DNA of 64,000 bases from assembly GCA_003160115.1 (NCBI GenBank), contig PLQL01000034.1:146382-210381 (forward strand). Direction: 5' to 3'. The notes under the pieces were generated by a model. That model saw only the letters and a list, made by a program, of their open reading frames with translations, did no database searches and was not told where the DNA came from. Of this stretch, positions 10,183 through 19,931 are shown piece by piece (position 1 is the stretch's first letter; the number at the start of each line of letters is the position of its first letter). The DNA is from Acidimicrobiaceae bacterium. Its GTDB lineage: Bacteria > Actinomycetota > Acidimicrobiia > Acidimicrobiales > RAAP-2. Made by a program: the position numbers and the translations under genes.

Positions 10183-10797
10183 CTAGTGGATGATCGACAA
10201 GAGGTGCTCGCGTACCTGCGGCCACTCGCCTCGGGTCACCGAGTACATCGCACTGTCGCGATACAGAGCTTGCTCGCCGGTCACGAGCGAAGGTTGCCAC
10301 TGACGAAGCACGCCCTCGAAGGTGGCTCCGAGGCGCAGGATCGCCAACCTGGAACGCTCGTTTCGCGCGTCGGTCTTGAGGTCGACTCGAGCGACGCCCC
10401 AATTTTCAAAAGCGTGACTCATGAGTAGGAACTTCGCCTCACGGTTGATGCCGGTGCGCTGGGCTGGCGCGCCGAGCCAGGTACCCCCGATCTCGACCGC
10501 GAAGGGCATTTCGTCCTCGTTTCGCCGTCGTAACGTCATGAACCTGGTCACGCCCACTGCACGCTCGCTCGCCACGTCGACCTGAGCGAAGGGCACGATG
10601 AGTCCCGTCTGCCAGTCACGCAAGAGATCGCTGACGAAGTTCTCCATGCCCGCTCGATCCTCGGGAACCGGGGTGAACCCGTACATCGAACGATCGACCT
10701 GGCAAGCCTCAACGAGCGCGTCAACGTGCGAATTCATGAGAGGCTCGAGCCGAACAAAGCGACCGGAAAGTCCAGCGACTATGAGTTGCTCGGGCAT
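10183..10797 (-). CDS. GNAT (RimJ/RimL-like) acetyltransferase
   Basis: VRLEPL..H, EIGGTWL, RTGINREAK.L..HAFE, KTD.RN.RS..AI.RLGA. Confidence 0.92.
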   Translation of the reverse strand: MPEQLIVAGLSGRFVRLEPLMNSHVDALVEACQVDRSMYGFTPVPEDRAGMENFVSDLLRDWQTGLIVPFAQVDVASERAVGVTRFMTLRRRNEDEMPFAVEIGGTWLGAPAQRTGINREAKFLLMSHAFENWGVARVDLKTDARNERSRLAILRLGATFEGVLRQWQPSLVTGEQALYRDSAMYSVTRGEWPQVREHLLSIIH

Positions 10798-10835
10798 CAG
10801 ACGATTCTCACACAGAGTGATGCCGACGTCGTGAC

Positions 10836-11720
10836 TTAGTCCACGAAGCGCACGACGCTCTCGAGTGTCCGCTTTCCGACGTCCAAGTAATTGGCTCGCC
10901 CCTCCATGCCGAGGCTGACGAACATCGTGCCAAACAGTGCAGCCCAACCAAGCGAGCGAGCGATCAATCCTTCGTCGTGTTCGCCGTAGGCATCAAGGAA
11001 GTCCCCGAGCAGTTCATGCGACAAGAACATCCACGCGCCCGCGAGATCGGTCGCCGGATCGCCGGCGCACAGGTCACCAAAATCCACCACCGCCGCCAGC
11101 GAACCAGACCGCACAATCAGGTTCGAGGGGTGCAGGTCGCCGTGGATCCATACCGGTTGTCCCTCGAAACGAGGGGCGTCCAGGGCCGCCTGCCAGACGC
11201 GGCGAACCGATGCCGTTCTAACCAGACCCCCGACGAGCTCGAGTCGTTCCTCCATTTGGCCGCTGCGGTGGGCGAGCGACACGCCCCGCAACGGATTATG
11301 CGGCGCGTCCCTCGGCGCCGGCTGGTGCAGGGCACGCAGGAACGCGCCCAGACTGCGGGCCGAGGATGGCGACGAGACGGCGGCTACGAAATCCCCGGGA
11401 ATCCCCTCGAACCAGTTCGTCACCTCCCAGGGCCACGGAAACATCGGCGCGGGTCGTCCGACGTGGACCGGTGCTGGCACCGGCAGCGGCAACCGCGGGG
11501 CCAGCTCGGGCATCCACCTGATCTCGTTTTCCATCAATGGAACGGCCTCGACTCGCCGAGGCAGACGGACGAGGTAACGCTCGCCCAGTCGCCAAAGAAC
11601 GTTGTCGAAACCCTCGGTCGCTCGTGACAGCGCAAGGTTGGCGTGACTGGAGAACTGCGTTTCCAGCAGATCTCGCAGGACGCGCTCGTCCAGCACGATG
11701 GTCGCCTCGGGCCACGTCAT
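10836..11720 (-). CDS. Aminoglycoside phosphotransferase (APH) family protein
   Basis: GFDN..WRLG..VRLPR, WIHGDLHP.N, VVDFGD..GDPA.DLA. Confidence 0.92.
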   Translation of the reverse strand: MTWPEATIVLDERVLRDLLETQFSSHANLALSRATEGFDNVLWRLGERYLVRLPRRVEAVPLMENEIRWMPELAPRLPLPVPAPVHVGRPAPMFPWPWEVTNWFEGIPGDFVAAVSSPSSARSLGAFLRALHQPAPRDAPHNPLRGVSLAHRSGQMEERLELVGGLVRTASVRRVWQAALDAPRFEGQPVWIHGDLHPSNLIVRSGSLAAVVDFGDLCAGDPATDLAGAWMFLSHELLGDFLDAYGEHDEGLIARSLGWAALFGTMFVSLGMEGRANYLDVGKRTLESVVRFVD

Positions 11721-11769
11721 GGCCCAACGCTACTCAGCCTTTCGCGGCGCCCGAGTCTCTGACGAAGTT

Positions 11770-12282
11770 CTAGTAGGGCGCGACCGGCGGTTGGTCTTGG
11801 TCACGCTTGTCCAGTCGAAGTCCGGCCGACTGACCGCGTACCGACGCGGCCACCGATCCAGTGACCACCGACAGTCCAAAGACGGGCATGTTGGCGTACA
11901 CGGTCTCCACGGTCGCGTCCGAGAGCAGCACCGTCTCGTGGTAGATACCGACCGACCCGTTCGCCTTCACTCGCCGATTGAACGCACGCCACGCCGGCAG
12001 ATGGAGATTCTGTGACGCACGCGCTTAAGCCTCCAACTTCTCGAACGATTCCCAGTACTGCCACACCAGGATCACCCGCCCGGAGACGAAGGTGCGGGGC
12101 TTACCCACGAGACCAAGTGAACGCTGTCGCTGCAGTTCGACGAGCATTCGAGGCATCGCCAAGAACACCGGCAACCATTTCCAAAATTGCCAGAGGCGGT
12201 CGATCCTCATGCCGATCCAGAAGAGGACAGTGCCGTCGGCCCCCACATCAGCGGAATATCGTCCCTGGTTCACGTGCGTCAT
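11770..12282 (-). pseudogene. DUF4188-type protein interrupted by in-frame TAA at 12025-12027
   Basis: ORFs 12025-12282 and 11770-11970 share a frame: QYWESFEKLEA*ARASQNLHLPAWRAFNRR..VGIYHET. Confidence 0.8.
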
Positions 12283-12433
12283 CGCCGAATGACAACGACA
12301 CCAGACACAATCATGTATAGAACACCTGACACCAATGGTGCCCAGACTGGCGCAGTTATAGAACCGTTGATCACCGTGATTCGCGGTTCACGTCCCCAGT
12401 GTTCAGCTGAAATAGTGGAGTTAATCCGATCGA

Positions 12434-12814
12434 TTATGGCCCGTCGGACACGAAAAACTCGTTTCCGTCGGGGTCGACGAGCCTTGCGCCCCAGGCCCCC
12501 CAAGGCATCTGTTCAGGCTGTTGGGTGAAGACGACACCGCGCGCGCTGAGTAGCGCGAAATCCGCCCTCACGTCATCGCAAGAAAAGTAGATATTCGTCA
12601 TGGTGGGCGCTTCGGGCGTCGGACACGGAAGACCGTAGGACGGGCTCAAACCGAGGACGATCCCCGACGAGTGACCGGGTGGTGCCACGCACACGAACCG
12701 GTAATCGGGCGACATCTGATTGTCCATACGCAACGTCCAGCCAAGCTGGTCGACGTAGAACGAAAGAGCCTTATCGAGATCACTGACGATGACCACCGAG
12801 GCAAACACGTGCAC
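12434..12814 (-). CDS. VOC / glyoxalase family protein
   Basis: VSDLDKAL.FY...LG, F.CDDV, MPWG...LVDPDGN. Confidence 0.92.
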   Translation of the reverse strand: MHVFASVVIVSDLDKALSFYVDQLGWTLRMDNQMSPDYRFVCVAPPGHSSGIVLGLSPSYGLPCPTPEAPTMTNIYFSCDDVRADFALLSARGVVFTQQPEQMPWGAWGARLVDPDGNEFFVSDGP

Positions 12815-12876
12815 GACGTCTCCATTTCCAACAATTAGTCCTTACGTCGAGTGTCGCTCACTCTAACGCCGACGGC

Positions 12877-13440
12877 TCACGTCCGCACGTTGAGGATGTG
12901 CGACCTCTGCCCCAAGAGGTCGAGTATTTGACTCGCAGTCGTCTCTTGGTCGTAGGACGATGTGTCCAGTACGTGCGATTCGAAGGGCCCGAGCCGGGAG
13001 TACTCCTGGTACATGTGGCGAATCGGTCCTTCCGAGGCAAACGAGTGACGGCGGCGCTCCTCCCTTTTTCGAGTGGCGGACCGATCAATACAAGCTTCAA
13101 GACCGGGACGAAGCACGACGTAGGTAATCGGCACTTGAACGTGCATAAGTTCTTCTCGCACCACGGGCATGTACCACGGTCCGACAATGCCGTCAAGCAC
13201 GGTGGAGTAGCCCGCGCCCGACAGTCTCTCCGCCGCCGACAACGAAGCACGCAGCATCGCGACGTTCTGATGCTCCGCCTCGCTCTCCCACGCGGGGATG
13301 CCCCCGTTCACGACCGTGTTCCAGAACCAATCGGACTCTATGACCACCGAGGGGTCGAAGTGCGACGCGACGAGCCGACTAGCCGTCGTCTTTCCCGCGC
13401 CCGGTGGGCCAGTAAGAATCAGCAGGAAAGGATTGTTCAC
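12877..13440 (-). CDS. AAA / nucleoside-monophosphate-kinase-like P-loop protein
   Basis: LTGPPGAGKTT, VLDGIVGPW, VLRP.LE.C..R. Confidence 0.85.
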   Translation of the reverse strand: MNNPFLLILTGPPGAGKTTASRLVASHFDPSVVIESDWFWNTVVNGGIPAWESEAEHQNVAMLRASLSAAERLSGAGYSTVLDGIVGPWYMPVVREELMHVQVPITYVVLRPGLEACIDRSATRKREERRRHSFASEGPIRHMYQEYSRLGPFESHVLDTSSYDQETTASQILDLLGQRSHILNVRT

Positions 13441-13561
13441 ACTCACCAACCTAGGTGTTCCAGCCCTTTCAGGAGCAAAGGGGCCCGTGACGTATCCATC
13501 AACATGACGCCACTTCGTGGCGTCGCCTTTCGGCCGCCGTGACCTTGTCTACGCTGCCTTG

Positions 13562-14248
13562 GTGACCACCTGGCCCCGCGAGACCGTTCGAAGGACGATG
13601 TCCGCTCTCAGGCCTCTGGCGAATTCGGACCTCGCACCCGCGATGCGGGCCTACATGAAGGACGTCGCACCGTTCCTCGGTGTCAGAGCTGGCGAACGGC
13701 GTCGAGCTCTGCACTCGTCGTGGCACGACCTTGGGTCTCCGACCAGTGACGAACTTGGCTACACCAGTCTCTTACTCATGGGACAGCGAGAACGTGAGTT
13801 CCATTACGCCGCGTACGATCTGATCGCGTGCTACATCGACGCCGCCGACGAAAAGTTCCTGATTGAATACATGCAGGACCTGCTCATCACCAAGCCCTGG
13901 TGGGATACCGTCGACGGTATGGGAACCGCTGGCGTCAGCCCCCTATGCCAACGCTATGACGCGCGCGAGATCGTGTGGCAGTGGTCGCGCTCGCCAAACC
14001 AATGGCTCAATCGCGCCGCAATCCAGCACCAGCGAGGATGGAAACGTGACACCGACGTCGAGTTCATTCTTGAACTCTGTGACGTCCACGCGGCATCGCG
14101 TGAGTTCTTCGTCGCCAAGGCCGTCGGTTGGGCGCTGCGCGACCTCGCTCGATTGGATGCACCCTCGGTGCGACGTTTCTTGCGTCAACACCCGGACCTC
14201 AGCCCGGTTGCGGTTCGCGAGGCCCGACGTGGCCTCGCGACGTCCTAA
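13562..14248 (+). CDS. DNA alkylation repair protein (AlkD family)
   Basis: MRAYMK..PFLGV, EREFHYAA, WWDTVD, W..RAAI.HQ, EFFVAKAVGWALR. Confidence 0.92.
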   Translation: MTTWPRETVRRTMSALRPLANSDLAPAMRAYMKDVAPFLGVRAGERRRALHSSWHDLGSPTSDELGYTSLLLMGQREREFHYAAYDLIACYIDAADEKFLIEYMQDLLITKPWWDTVDGMGTAGVSPLCQRYDAREIVWQWSRSPNQWLNRAAIQHQRGWKRDTDVEFILELCDVHAASREFFVAKAVGWALRDLARLDAPSVRRFLRQHPDLSPVAVREARRGLATS

Positions 14249-14835
14249 CCGTTACGCATCGAGGACACGGCGGCATTCGCAACGGACCACGTCAACCGGT
14301 CCATCTCCCAGAGAAGACCCCGGCCGGAATGGCCCGGAACCTGGATCTCTCTCTTAATTTCGGCAACACGACGGAATCCGAGCTTCTCGGGCACGCGAGC
14401 GCTGGCAAGGTTCCTCTTGTCCATTTGAATCTCGATGATCTGGACCAGTGGCAGGCTCGAAAAAGCACTGTCCACCAGCAGTTGCGCCGCCCGGCTCGCG
14501 TAGCCACGCCTCGTCCTGGACGTTCGTACCCAGTAGCCAATGGCGACCCGCTCGGGACCACTCGATCGGTAGAGGTTCGCACTGCCGACCAACGCGGCGT
14601 CGTGCTCGTCGAAGATGTAATAACTCCAGTCTTGGTCCTCATCGAAGGCTGTTATGTAGTCGTCCAAGGTCCTGGCATACGAGGACAACGTCACTTCCTC
14701 CTGGAACGAGAGAAGCCAATGATGAAGTTCCGGCCAGCTTCCGTGGATCGCCCCGACGGCGTCGCTCAGAACATCGAACCCACAGCGACGCAGTTCAACC
14801 TCGCCATCGCTCATTCGTTCCGGTAACAGCGCCAT
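14245..14835 (-). CDS. GNAT (RimJ/RimL) acetyltransferase
   Basis: S..EL..WL, IGYWVR...RRGYA, N.AS.RVPEKLGF. Confidence 0.9.
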   Translation of the reverse strand: MALLPERMSDGEVELRRCGFDVLSDAVGAIHGSWPELHHWLLSFQEEVTLSSYARTLDDYITAFDEDQDWSYYIFDEHDAALVGSANLYRSSGPERVAIGYWVRTSRTRRGYASRAAQLLVDSAFSSLPLVQIIEIQMDKRNLASARVPEKLGFRRVAEIKREIQVPGHSGRGLLWEMDRLTWSVANAAVSSMRNG

Positions 14836-14877
14836 CGAGTCGCCTTTCTCCAGGGGACAAACCGGACTACGAGATTG

Positions 14878-16008
14878 TCACGACAACGCGTTCGCAAGGT
14901 CATCGAGCAGGTCCTCGACGTCCTCGATTCCGACGCTGAGTCGCACCAGGTTGTCGGCGGGTTCAAGCGTCGACCCGGCGGTCGAAGCGTGCGTCATCAC
15001 CGACGGAAGTTCAATCAGGCTCTCGACGCCACCGAGGGATTCGGCCAGCGTGAACACCTTGGTCGCCTCGCAGACCTTCCTCGCCTCACCGGTGCCACCC
15101 TTCAGCGTGAAACTGACCATGCCACCGAAGTCGCTCATCTGCGCTCGGGCGATCGCGTGACCGGGATGATCGGGTAAGCCCGGGTAGAACACACGTTCTA
15201 CCGCGACGTGGCTCGAAAGAAAATCAGCGACGGCCGCGGCATTCGAGCAGTGACGCTCCATGCGCACGCCGAGCGTCTTGATACCTCGAACCAACAAATA
15301 ACAATCGAGCGGACCTGGTACTGCGCCGATCGCGTACTGATGGAACTTCAACGCAGTCATGAGTTCGTCATTGTTCGTCGCGACAAAGCCACCAATCACG
15401 TCTGAGTGCCCACCGATGTACTTGGTGGTCGAGTGCACGACGACGTCAGCGCCGAACGAGAGGGGGCGTTGCAAGAAAGGTGTCGCAAAAGTGTTGTCAA
15501 CGACGAGCCACGCGCCCAATTCATGCGCCACGGAACTTAGCGCTTCGATCGACACGACGTTCAACATGGGATTACTTGGTGTCTCGACCCAGAGCATCTT
15601 GGTCGTAGAACCAAAAGCTTCGCGCACGGCGTCCAGGTCGCTCAAGTCAACGCACGTGACCGTGATTCCCCAACCGCCAAAGATGCGCGTGAGCAGACGG
15701 TACGTCCCGCCGTAGGCGTCGTTACCCAGGATCACGTGGTCGCCCGGCGCCAAAGTACGTATTAGCGCGTCCTCTCCCGCCAAGCCCGAGGCAAAGGCCA
15801 CACCGTACTGGGCACCCTCGAGCGCGGCCAAGCAGGTCTCGAGGGCAGCTCTCGTCGGATTGTCGACCCGTCCGTAGTCACTGAACCTCGGCACACCGAC
15901 GCCATCTTGGGCGTACGTCGAGGTGAGATAGACCGGTGGGTTCACTGCTCCAGTCGCGGGATCGGGCTCAGAGCCGACGTGAATGGCCCGAGTGTTGAAA
16001 CCACTCAT
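14878..16008 (-). CDS. metB: Cystathionine gamma-synthase/gamma-lyase
   Basis: TRAIH.G.EPD, Y.R..NPT, FASG, ETPSNP, VDNTFATP, HSTTKYIGGHSD (PLP Lys), AESLGGVESL. Confidence 0.93.
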   Translation of the reverse strand: MSGFNTRAIHVGSEPDPATGAVNPPVYLTSTYAQDGVGVPRFSDYGRVDNPTRAALETCLAALEGAQYGVAFASGLAGEDALIRTLAPGDHVILGNDAYGGTYRLLTRIFGGWGITVTCVDLSDLDAVREAFGSTTKMLWVETPSNPMLNVVSIEALSSVAHELGAWLVVDNTFATPFLQRPLSFGADVVVHSTTKYIGGHSDVIGGFVATNNDELMTALKFHQYAIGAVPGPLDCYLLVRGIKTLGVRMERHCSNAAAVADFLSSHVAVERVFYPGLPDHPGHAIARAQMSDFGGMVSFTLKGGTGEARKVCEATKVFTLAESLGGVESLIELPSVMTHASTAGSTLEPADNLVRLSVGIEDVEDLLDDLANALS

Positions 16009-17408
16009 TGGTCGCTCCTCTGCTGGAGGAAACCGAGGATGTCACTGCGGGTAAGCACGCCAACCGGGTGCCCGCCGTCGAGCACTAGCACGCCCGCGCT
16101 GGAACTAAGTCGTTTCGTCAGATCAGTCACGCTCATCCCCACGCCCACCATGGGCAGCGGCGGATCCGAAATGTCCTTGACCCTGAGTTCAAGCACTGAC
16201 GAGTCACGCGTCGTCGCCTCGAGAAGACCCAGTTCGCTGAGCGAACCCGAGACCTCCTTCGCCGCGAGCGGAAGTTCGTCCGTCACGGTCACGAGCAATT
16301 GTGAAACATCGTTCTGACGCATAACGGTGATGGCGTCGCGCACGAGCGCGTCCTCGGTGACGAGCACCAGATCGGCCAGTGCGTCGGGCTGACGCTTGAG
16401 TTTGCTCGTGAGCACGTCACCAGCGTCCATCTCGTTGTGGGGACGAAGGAATCCCATGTCGGTCATCCACGTGTCGTTGAAAATCTTCGAAAGATAACCG
16501 CGACCCGAGTCGGGGATGAGAACGACAACGACGGCGTCCGCGGGCAGTGACGCGGCGACCCGCAACGCTGCGACGACGGCGGTACCGCCGGACCCTCCAA
16601 TCAGAAGTCCTTCTTCTCGTGTCACCTGTCGGGCCATGGCAAAGGCGTCCGCGTCACTGACCGCCACCACTTCATCAACGACCGATGGGTCGTAGTTCGC
16701 GGGCCAGAAATCCTCGCCTACTCCCTCAGTGAGATACGGCCGACCCGCCCCACCCGAATACACCGAACCTTCGGGATCGGCGGCGATGATCTGGATGTCC
16801 GGATTCTTCTCCTTCAAGTACTTGCCAACTCCGGTGATAGTGCCGCCTGTTCCCGCGCCGGCCACGAAGTGCGTGATGCGCCCCTTGGTCTGCTCCCAGA
16901 TCTCTGGTCCCGTCGTCTCGTAATGCGCGCGAGGATTATTGGGGTTCGAATACTGGTCGGGTCGAAACGAGTTGGGTGTCTCCTTCGTCAGTCGTTCTGC
17001 CGTCGAGTAGTAAGAATCGGGGTCCTCGGGCGCGACCGCAGTGGGACAAACGACGACTTCGGCCCCGTAGGCGCGCAGCACGTCGATCTTCTCAGGAGCC
17101 ATCTTGTCGCTCATGACGAAGATGCAGTGGTAACCACGCTGCGCGGCCACGATGGCGAGACCCACGCCAGTGTTCCCACTGGTCGGTTCAATGATCGTCG
17201 AGCCCGGTCCGAGTAGCCCCTCACGCTCGGCCGCCTCGACCATGGTGAGCGCGGGCCGGTCCTTGGAACTGCCTCCCGGATTCGTAGTCTCCAATTTGGC
17301 GATGACGTCGCACGCGACGCCGCTTCCGACTCGTCCGAGCTTCACCATTGGGGTGTGACCAATCAATTCCAACGGGCTCTGCGCGACGTCCATGTCAGCG
17401 TGGTACAT
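16005..17408 (-). CDS. cbs: Cystathionine beta-synthase with C-terminal CBS domains
   Basis: NPGGSSKDR, EPTSGNTG, QYSNPNN, GAGTGGT, PDSGRGYLSK; start may be ATG 17393; ATGA overlap with metB. Confidence 0.95.
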   Translation of the reverse strand: MYHADMDVAQSPLELIGHTPMVKLGRVGSGVACDVIAKLETTNPGGSSKDRPALTMVEAAEREGLLGPGSTIIEPTSGNTGVGLAIVAAQRGYHCIFVMSDKMAPEKIDVLRAYGAEVVVCPTAVAPEDPDSYYSTAERLTKETPNSFRPDQYSNPNNPRAHYETTGPEIWEQTKGRITHFVAGAGTGGTITGVGKYLKEKNPDIQIIAADPEGSVYSGGAGRPYLTEGVGEDFWPANYDPSVVDEVVAVSDADAFAMARQVTREEGLLIGGSGGTAVVAALRVAASLPADAVVVVLIPDSGRGYLSKIFNDTWMTDMGFLRPHNEMDAGDVLTSKLKRQPDALADLVLVTEDALVRDAITVMRQNDVSQLLVTVTDELPLAAKEVSGSLSELGLLEATTRDSSVLELRVKDISDPPLPMVGVGMSVTDLTKRLSSSAGVLVLDGGHPVGVLTRSDILGFLQQRSDQ

Positions 17409-17578
17409 AGTTCTTCTCTTCCGTCTGGCGCTTCATACCTCGAAGGAGTCTTCGGTCTCGCCTCTCACTCTAAGTGACTTTTCTCTTGTATAGAAGAGCG
17501 CGACCGCTCCATCATCGCGATTCCCGTTCGAGCGAGTCTTTCACTCGCTGAGCGCTCAAAATCCCGCAACGAGACCTC

Positions 17579-18244
17579 TCACTTTACGAGAAAAATACCG
17601 AAGCCGTCGTACCCCTTGCTACCAACGGTCTGCACCACGGTGCCTTCGAGACGATCGTCACTCGCCGCGAGGGCGAGGAACGAGCGCACCCCCCGGACCC
17701 GTTCATCAGCGCTAGAAGGATCTATGACCTCACCGTCACGCACGACGTTGTCCGCGACGATCAGCGTTCCCGAACGCGACAGCGCGAGGGCAAGCTCCAG
17801 GTACTTCGGATAGCCCTCTTTGTCCGCGTCAATGAACACGAAGTCGAATGGCTCGGCACTCGCGGCAACGAGCGATTCGAGCGTCTGAACGGCGGGACCC
17901 ACGCGCACCTCGACGAGACTGGAAAAGCCCGCACGCTCGATGTTCTTTCGCGCTACTTCGGCGTGATGGGTTTCCAGCTCCAACGTCACCAGACGACCAT
18001 CGTTCGGCAACGCTCGGGCCAACCAAATAGTGCTGTAGCCGCCCAGGGTACCAATCTCAAGAATTCTCTTCGCCTGGTGACTCGCCGCGAGGATCTCGAG
18101 GAATTTTCCCTGATTGGGCGCGACGTTGATCGGTGGCAGCCCTCCGGCATCACTGTCAGCTAGGGCAGCGTCGAGCACGCGGTCCGATGGTGTCAGCAAC
18201 TCCACCACGAAGTCGTCCACTTCGGTCCATTGCTTTTGGGTCAT
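17579..18244 (-). CDS. O-methyltransferase (caffeoyl-CoA OMT-like)
   Basis: LEIGTLGGYS, FIDADK, ADNVVR, KGYDGF. Confidence 0.95.
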   Translation of the reverse strand: MTQKQWTEVDDFVVELLTPSDRVLDAALADSDAGGLPPINVAPNQGKFLEILAASHQAKRILEIGTLGGYSTIWLARALPNDGRLVTLELETHHAEVARKNIERAGFSSLVEVRVGPAVQTLESLVAASAEPFDFVFIDADKEGYPKYLELALALSRSGTLIVADNVVRDGEVIDPSSADERVRGVRSFLALAASDDRLEGTVVQTVGSKGYDGFGIFLVK

Positions 18245-18551
18245 GTCCAGAGTCTCTCAGAACCCGACCCGCACACGCCAGAGTCAATTTCGTTGAGTTC
18301 GACGTCTTTCACCATCACGACTGCAAGCAACGCGCGAATCCGAGCGGAAGTTGACGCCGTCATAGCGAGCGCCGCGCGGTCTGGGGCAACCATAATTGGC
18401 CGACACCAGCTGAAGCGGATACTTGGACAACCGCCCGCCGTGACGGCTACCTCTGGAAGGTCACTGGCACGCCTTTGGTTCAAATCGCGACGGTCCACTG
18501 TTCGTGAACTGACCAGCGAACCTCGAAAACCAAACACATTAGGTTGGTCCC

Positions 18552-19169
18552 GTGCCAACGAAACGCTCGTACCTCGAAGTGGGGAAGAAGTCCGTCTTCG
18601 TCCTCGCTCTGGAATGGCCCGGATGGGCTCGGCGCTCAACGACGCCCGAACGTGCTGTTGAGGAACTCACGCACTACCAGAAGCGCTACGAGAAGATCGT
18701 GGGGCACGTCCTACCTGCCGGCAAGATTACGGTCATCGGATCCGTCCCGGGTAACGCCACCACCGATTTTGGCGCGCCGGGTGTCGTAGGACCCTGGGAC
18801 GAGAAGTCCGTCACGAAGAGAGAACGATTGCGTCAGGTCGAGTTACTCGAACGCTGTTGGAACTACTTCGATGAAGTCGTCACGGGGACGCCCAAAACAC
18901 TTACGAAGGGACCGCGAGGCGGAGGGCGTGATCGCGACCAAATCGTCGACCACGTGCGTGAGACCGAACGCGCCTACGCCCCAAAGATGGGCTTGCGCAT
19001 CCCCCCGCGCACCGCATGGCCCGAACAGCGTTCGTTAGTAAGCGCGAAACTTCGCGCTGGTTACTCGGGTCAAGCGTGGCCGCAACTCTACGCGGTGCGC
19101 CGCCTGGCGTGGCACGTCGTCGACCATGCGTGGGAGATCGAAGACAAGAGCACCCCGACGACACCGTGA
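18552..19169 (+). CDS. Conserved hypothetical protein (DinB-like)
   Basis: WPGWAR, GNATTDFGAP, KGPRGGGRDRD, RR.AWHV.DHAWEIED; TAGGTT leaderless. Confidence 0.8.
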   Translation: MPTKRSYLEVGKKSVFVLALEWPGWARRSTTPERAVEELTHYQKRYEKIVGHVLPAGKITVIGSVPGNATTDFGAPGVVGPWDEKSVTKRERLRQVELLERCWNYFDEVVTGTPKTLTKGPRGGGRDRDQIVDHVRETERAYAPKMGLRIPPRTAWPEQRSLVSAKLRAGYSGQAWPQLYAVRRLAWHVVDHAWEIEDKSTPTTP

Positions 19170-19183
19170 ATCGGTTCCGACCA

Positions 19184-19822
19184 CTACCTCGGCGAAAATC
19201 GACTGCGCAACGCGTGGACGCCGTCGCCTTCGAGTGCGGTGAACCCTGAAGAACGTCCCGTCAAAGCCAGCAGCAAGGACCTGGTCGGCCCTCGCACGAG
19301 CGAGCCAGCACCGTACGACCAGGTGCCATCCGAACTCTCAATACGCAGGCCCGTCACGACTCCGGGCCTGGTGAAGGCTCGTTCCGCCTTCTTGGAGACG
19401 AGGAAGTCAAGGACCAAGTTCGATGTTCCTTCGGGAACCTCGAAGGAACGATACGTCGGGATCGCGATGTCGTATCCATGGATAACACTGTCGGTGAGCG
19501 GCGCTTCAGGACCGAATCCCGGCGGCGTGAATCTATTGGATGCTTCTCGGTGCAATAACGAAACCAGTTCGCTCGGCGGCACCTGTGACTGTGCACGTGC
19601 GTAGCGATCCGAAAAACGCTCGAAGTTTCCTCTCGCCTTGATCAGTCCCACCACGAGAGCGGGTACGCCGAGTTTGAAGGGCATGGTCAGGTGGGCCACC
19701 ACTTCGTGGACGGTCCATCCTTCGCACAGCGATGGCGTCTCCCACTCCTCGGCACCGAGCCCCTCCAACACTTCAACAATGGCCAGTCGTTGATGGTGGA
19801 TTCTGGAAAACAGGTCGGGCAC
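19184..19822 (-). CDS. Maleylpyruvate isomerase family (TIGR03083-like) protein
   Basis: WETPSLCEGWTV.EVVAHL, D..IHG.DI, LLLALTGR. Confidence 0.9.
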   Translation of the reverse strand: MPDLFSRIHHQRLAIVEVLEGLGAEEWETPSLCEGWTVHEVVAHLTMPFKLGVPALVVGLIKARGNFERFSDRYARAQSQVPPSELVSLLHREASNRFTPPGFGPEAPLTDSVIHGYDIAIPTYRSFEVPEGTSNLVLDFLVSKKAERAFTRPGVVTGLRIESSDGTWSYGAGSLVRGPTRSLLLALTGRSSGFTALEGDGVHALRSRFSPR

Positions 19823-19931
19823 GCGAATACTCTAACCAGATTGCTGCTCGGGCTCGAATGTTGTCTGCGGAGTCGAAGTGGTGCGAGCGTTCTCTCCACC
19901 ACCAGAATCCGTACGTTCGAAGTCGTTCGCC

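Noticed and set aside
17409-17578. Possible riboswitch upstream of cbs
   Set aside because: Only a simple hairpin (AGCGAGT/ACTCGCT); no SAM or T-box consensus elements
18244-18552. 300-bp divergent intergenic gap as a hidden gene or ncRNA
   Set aside because: No convincing frame, motif or structure recognised
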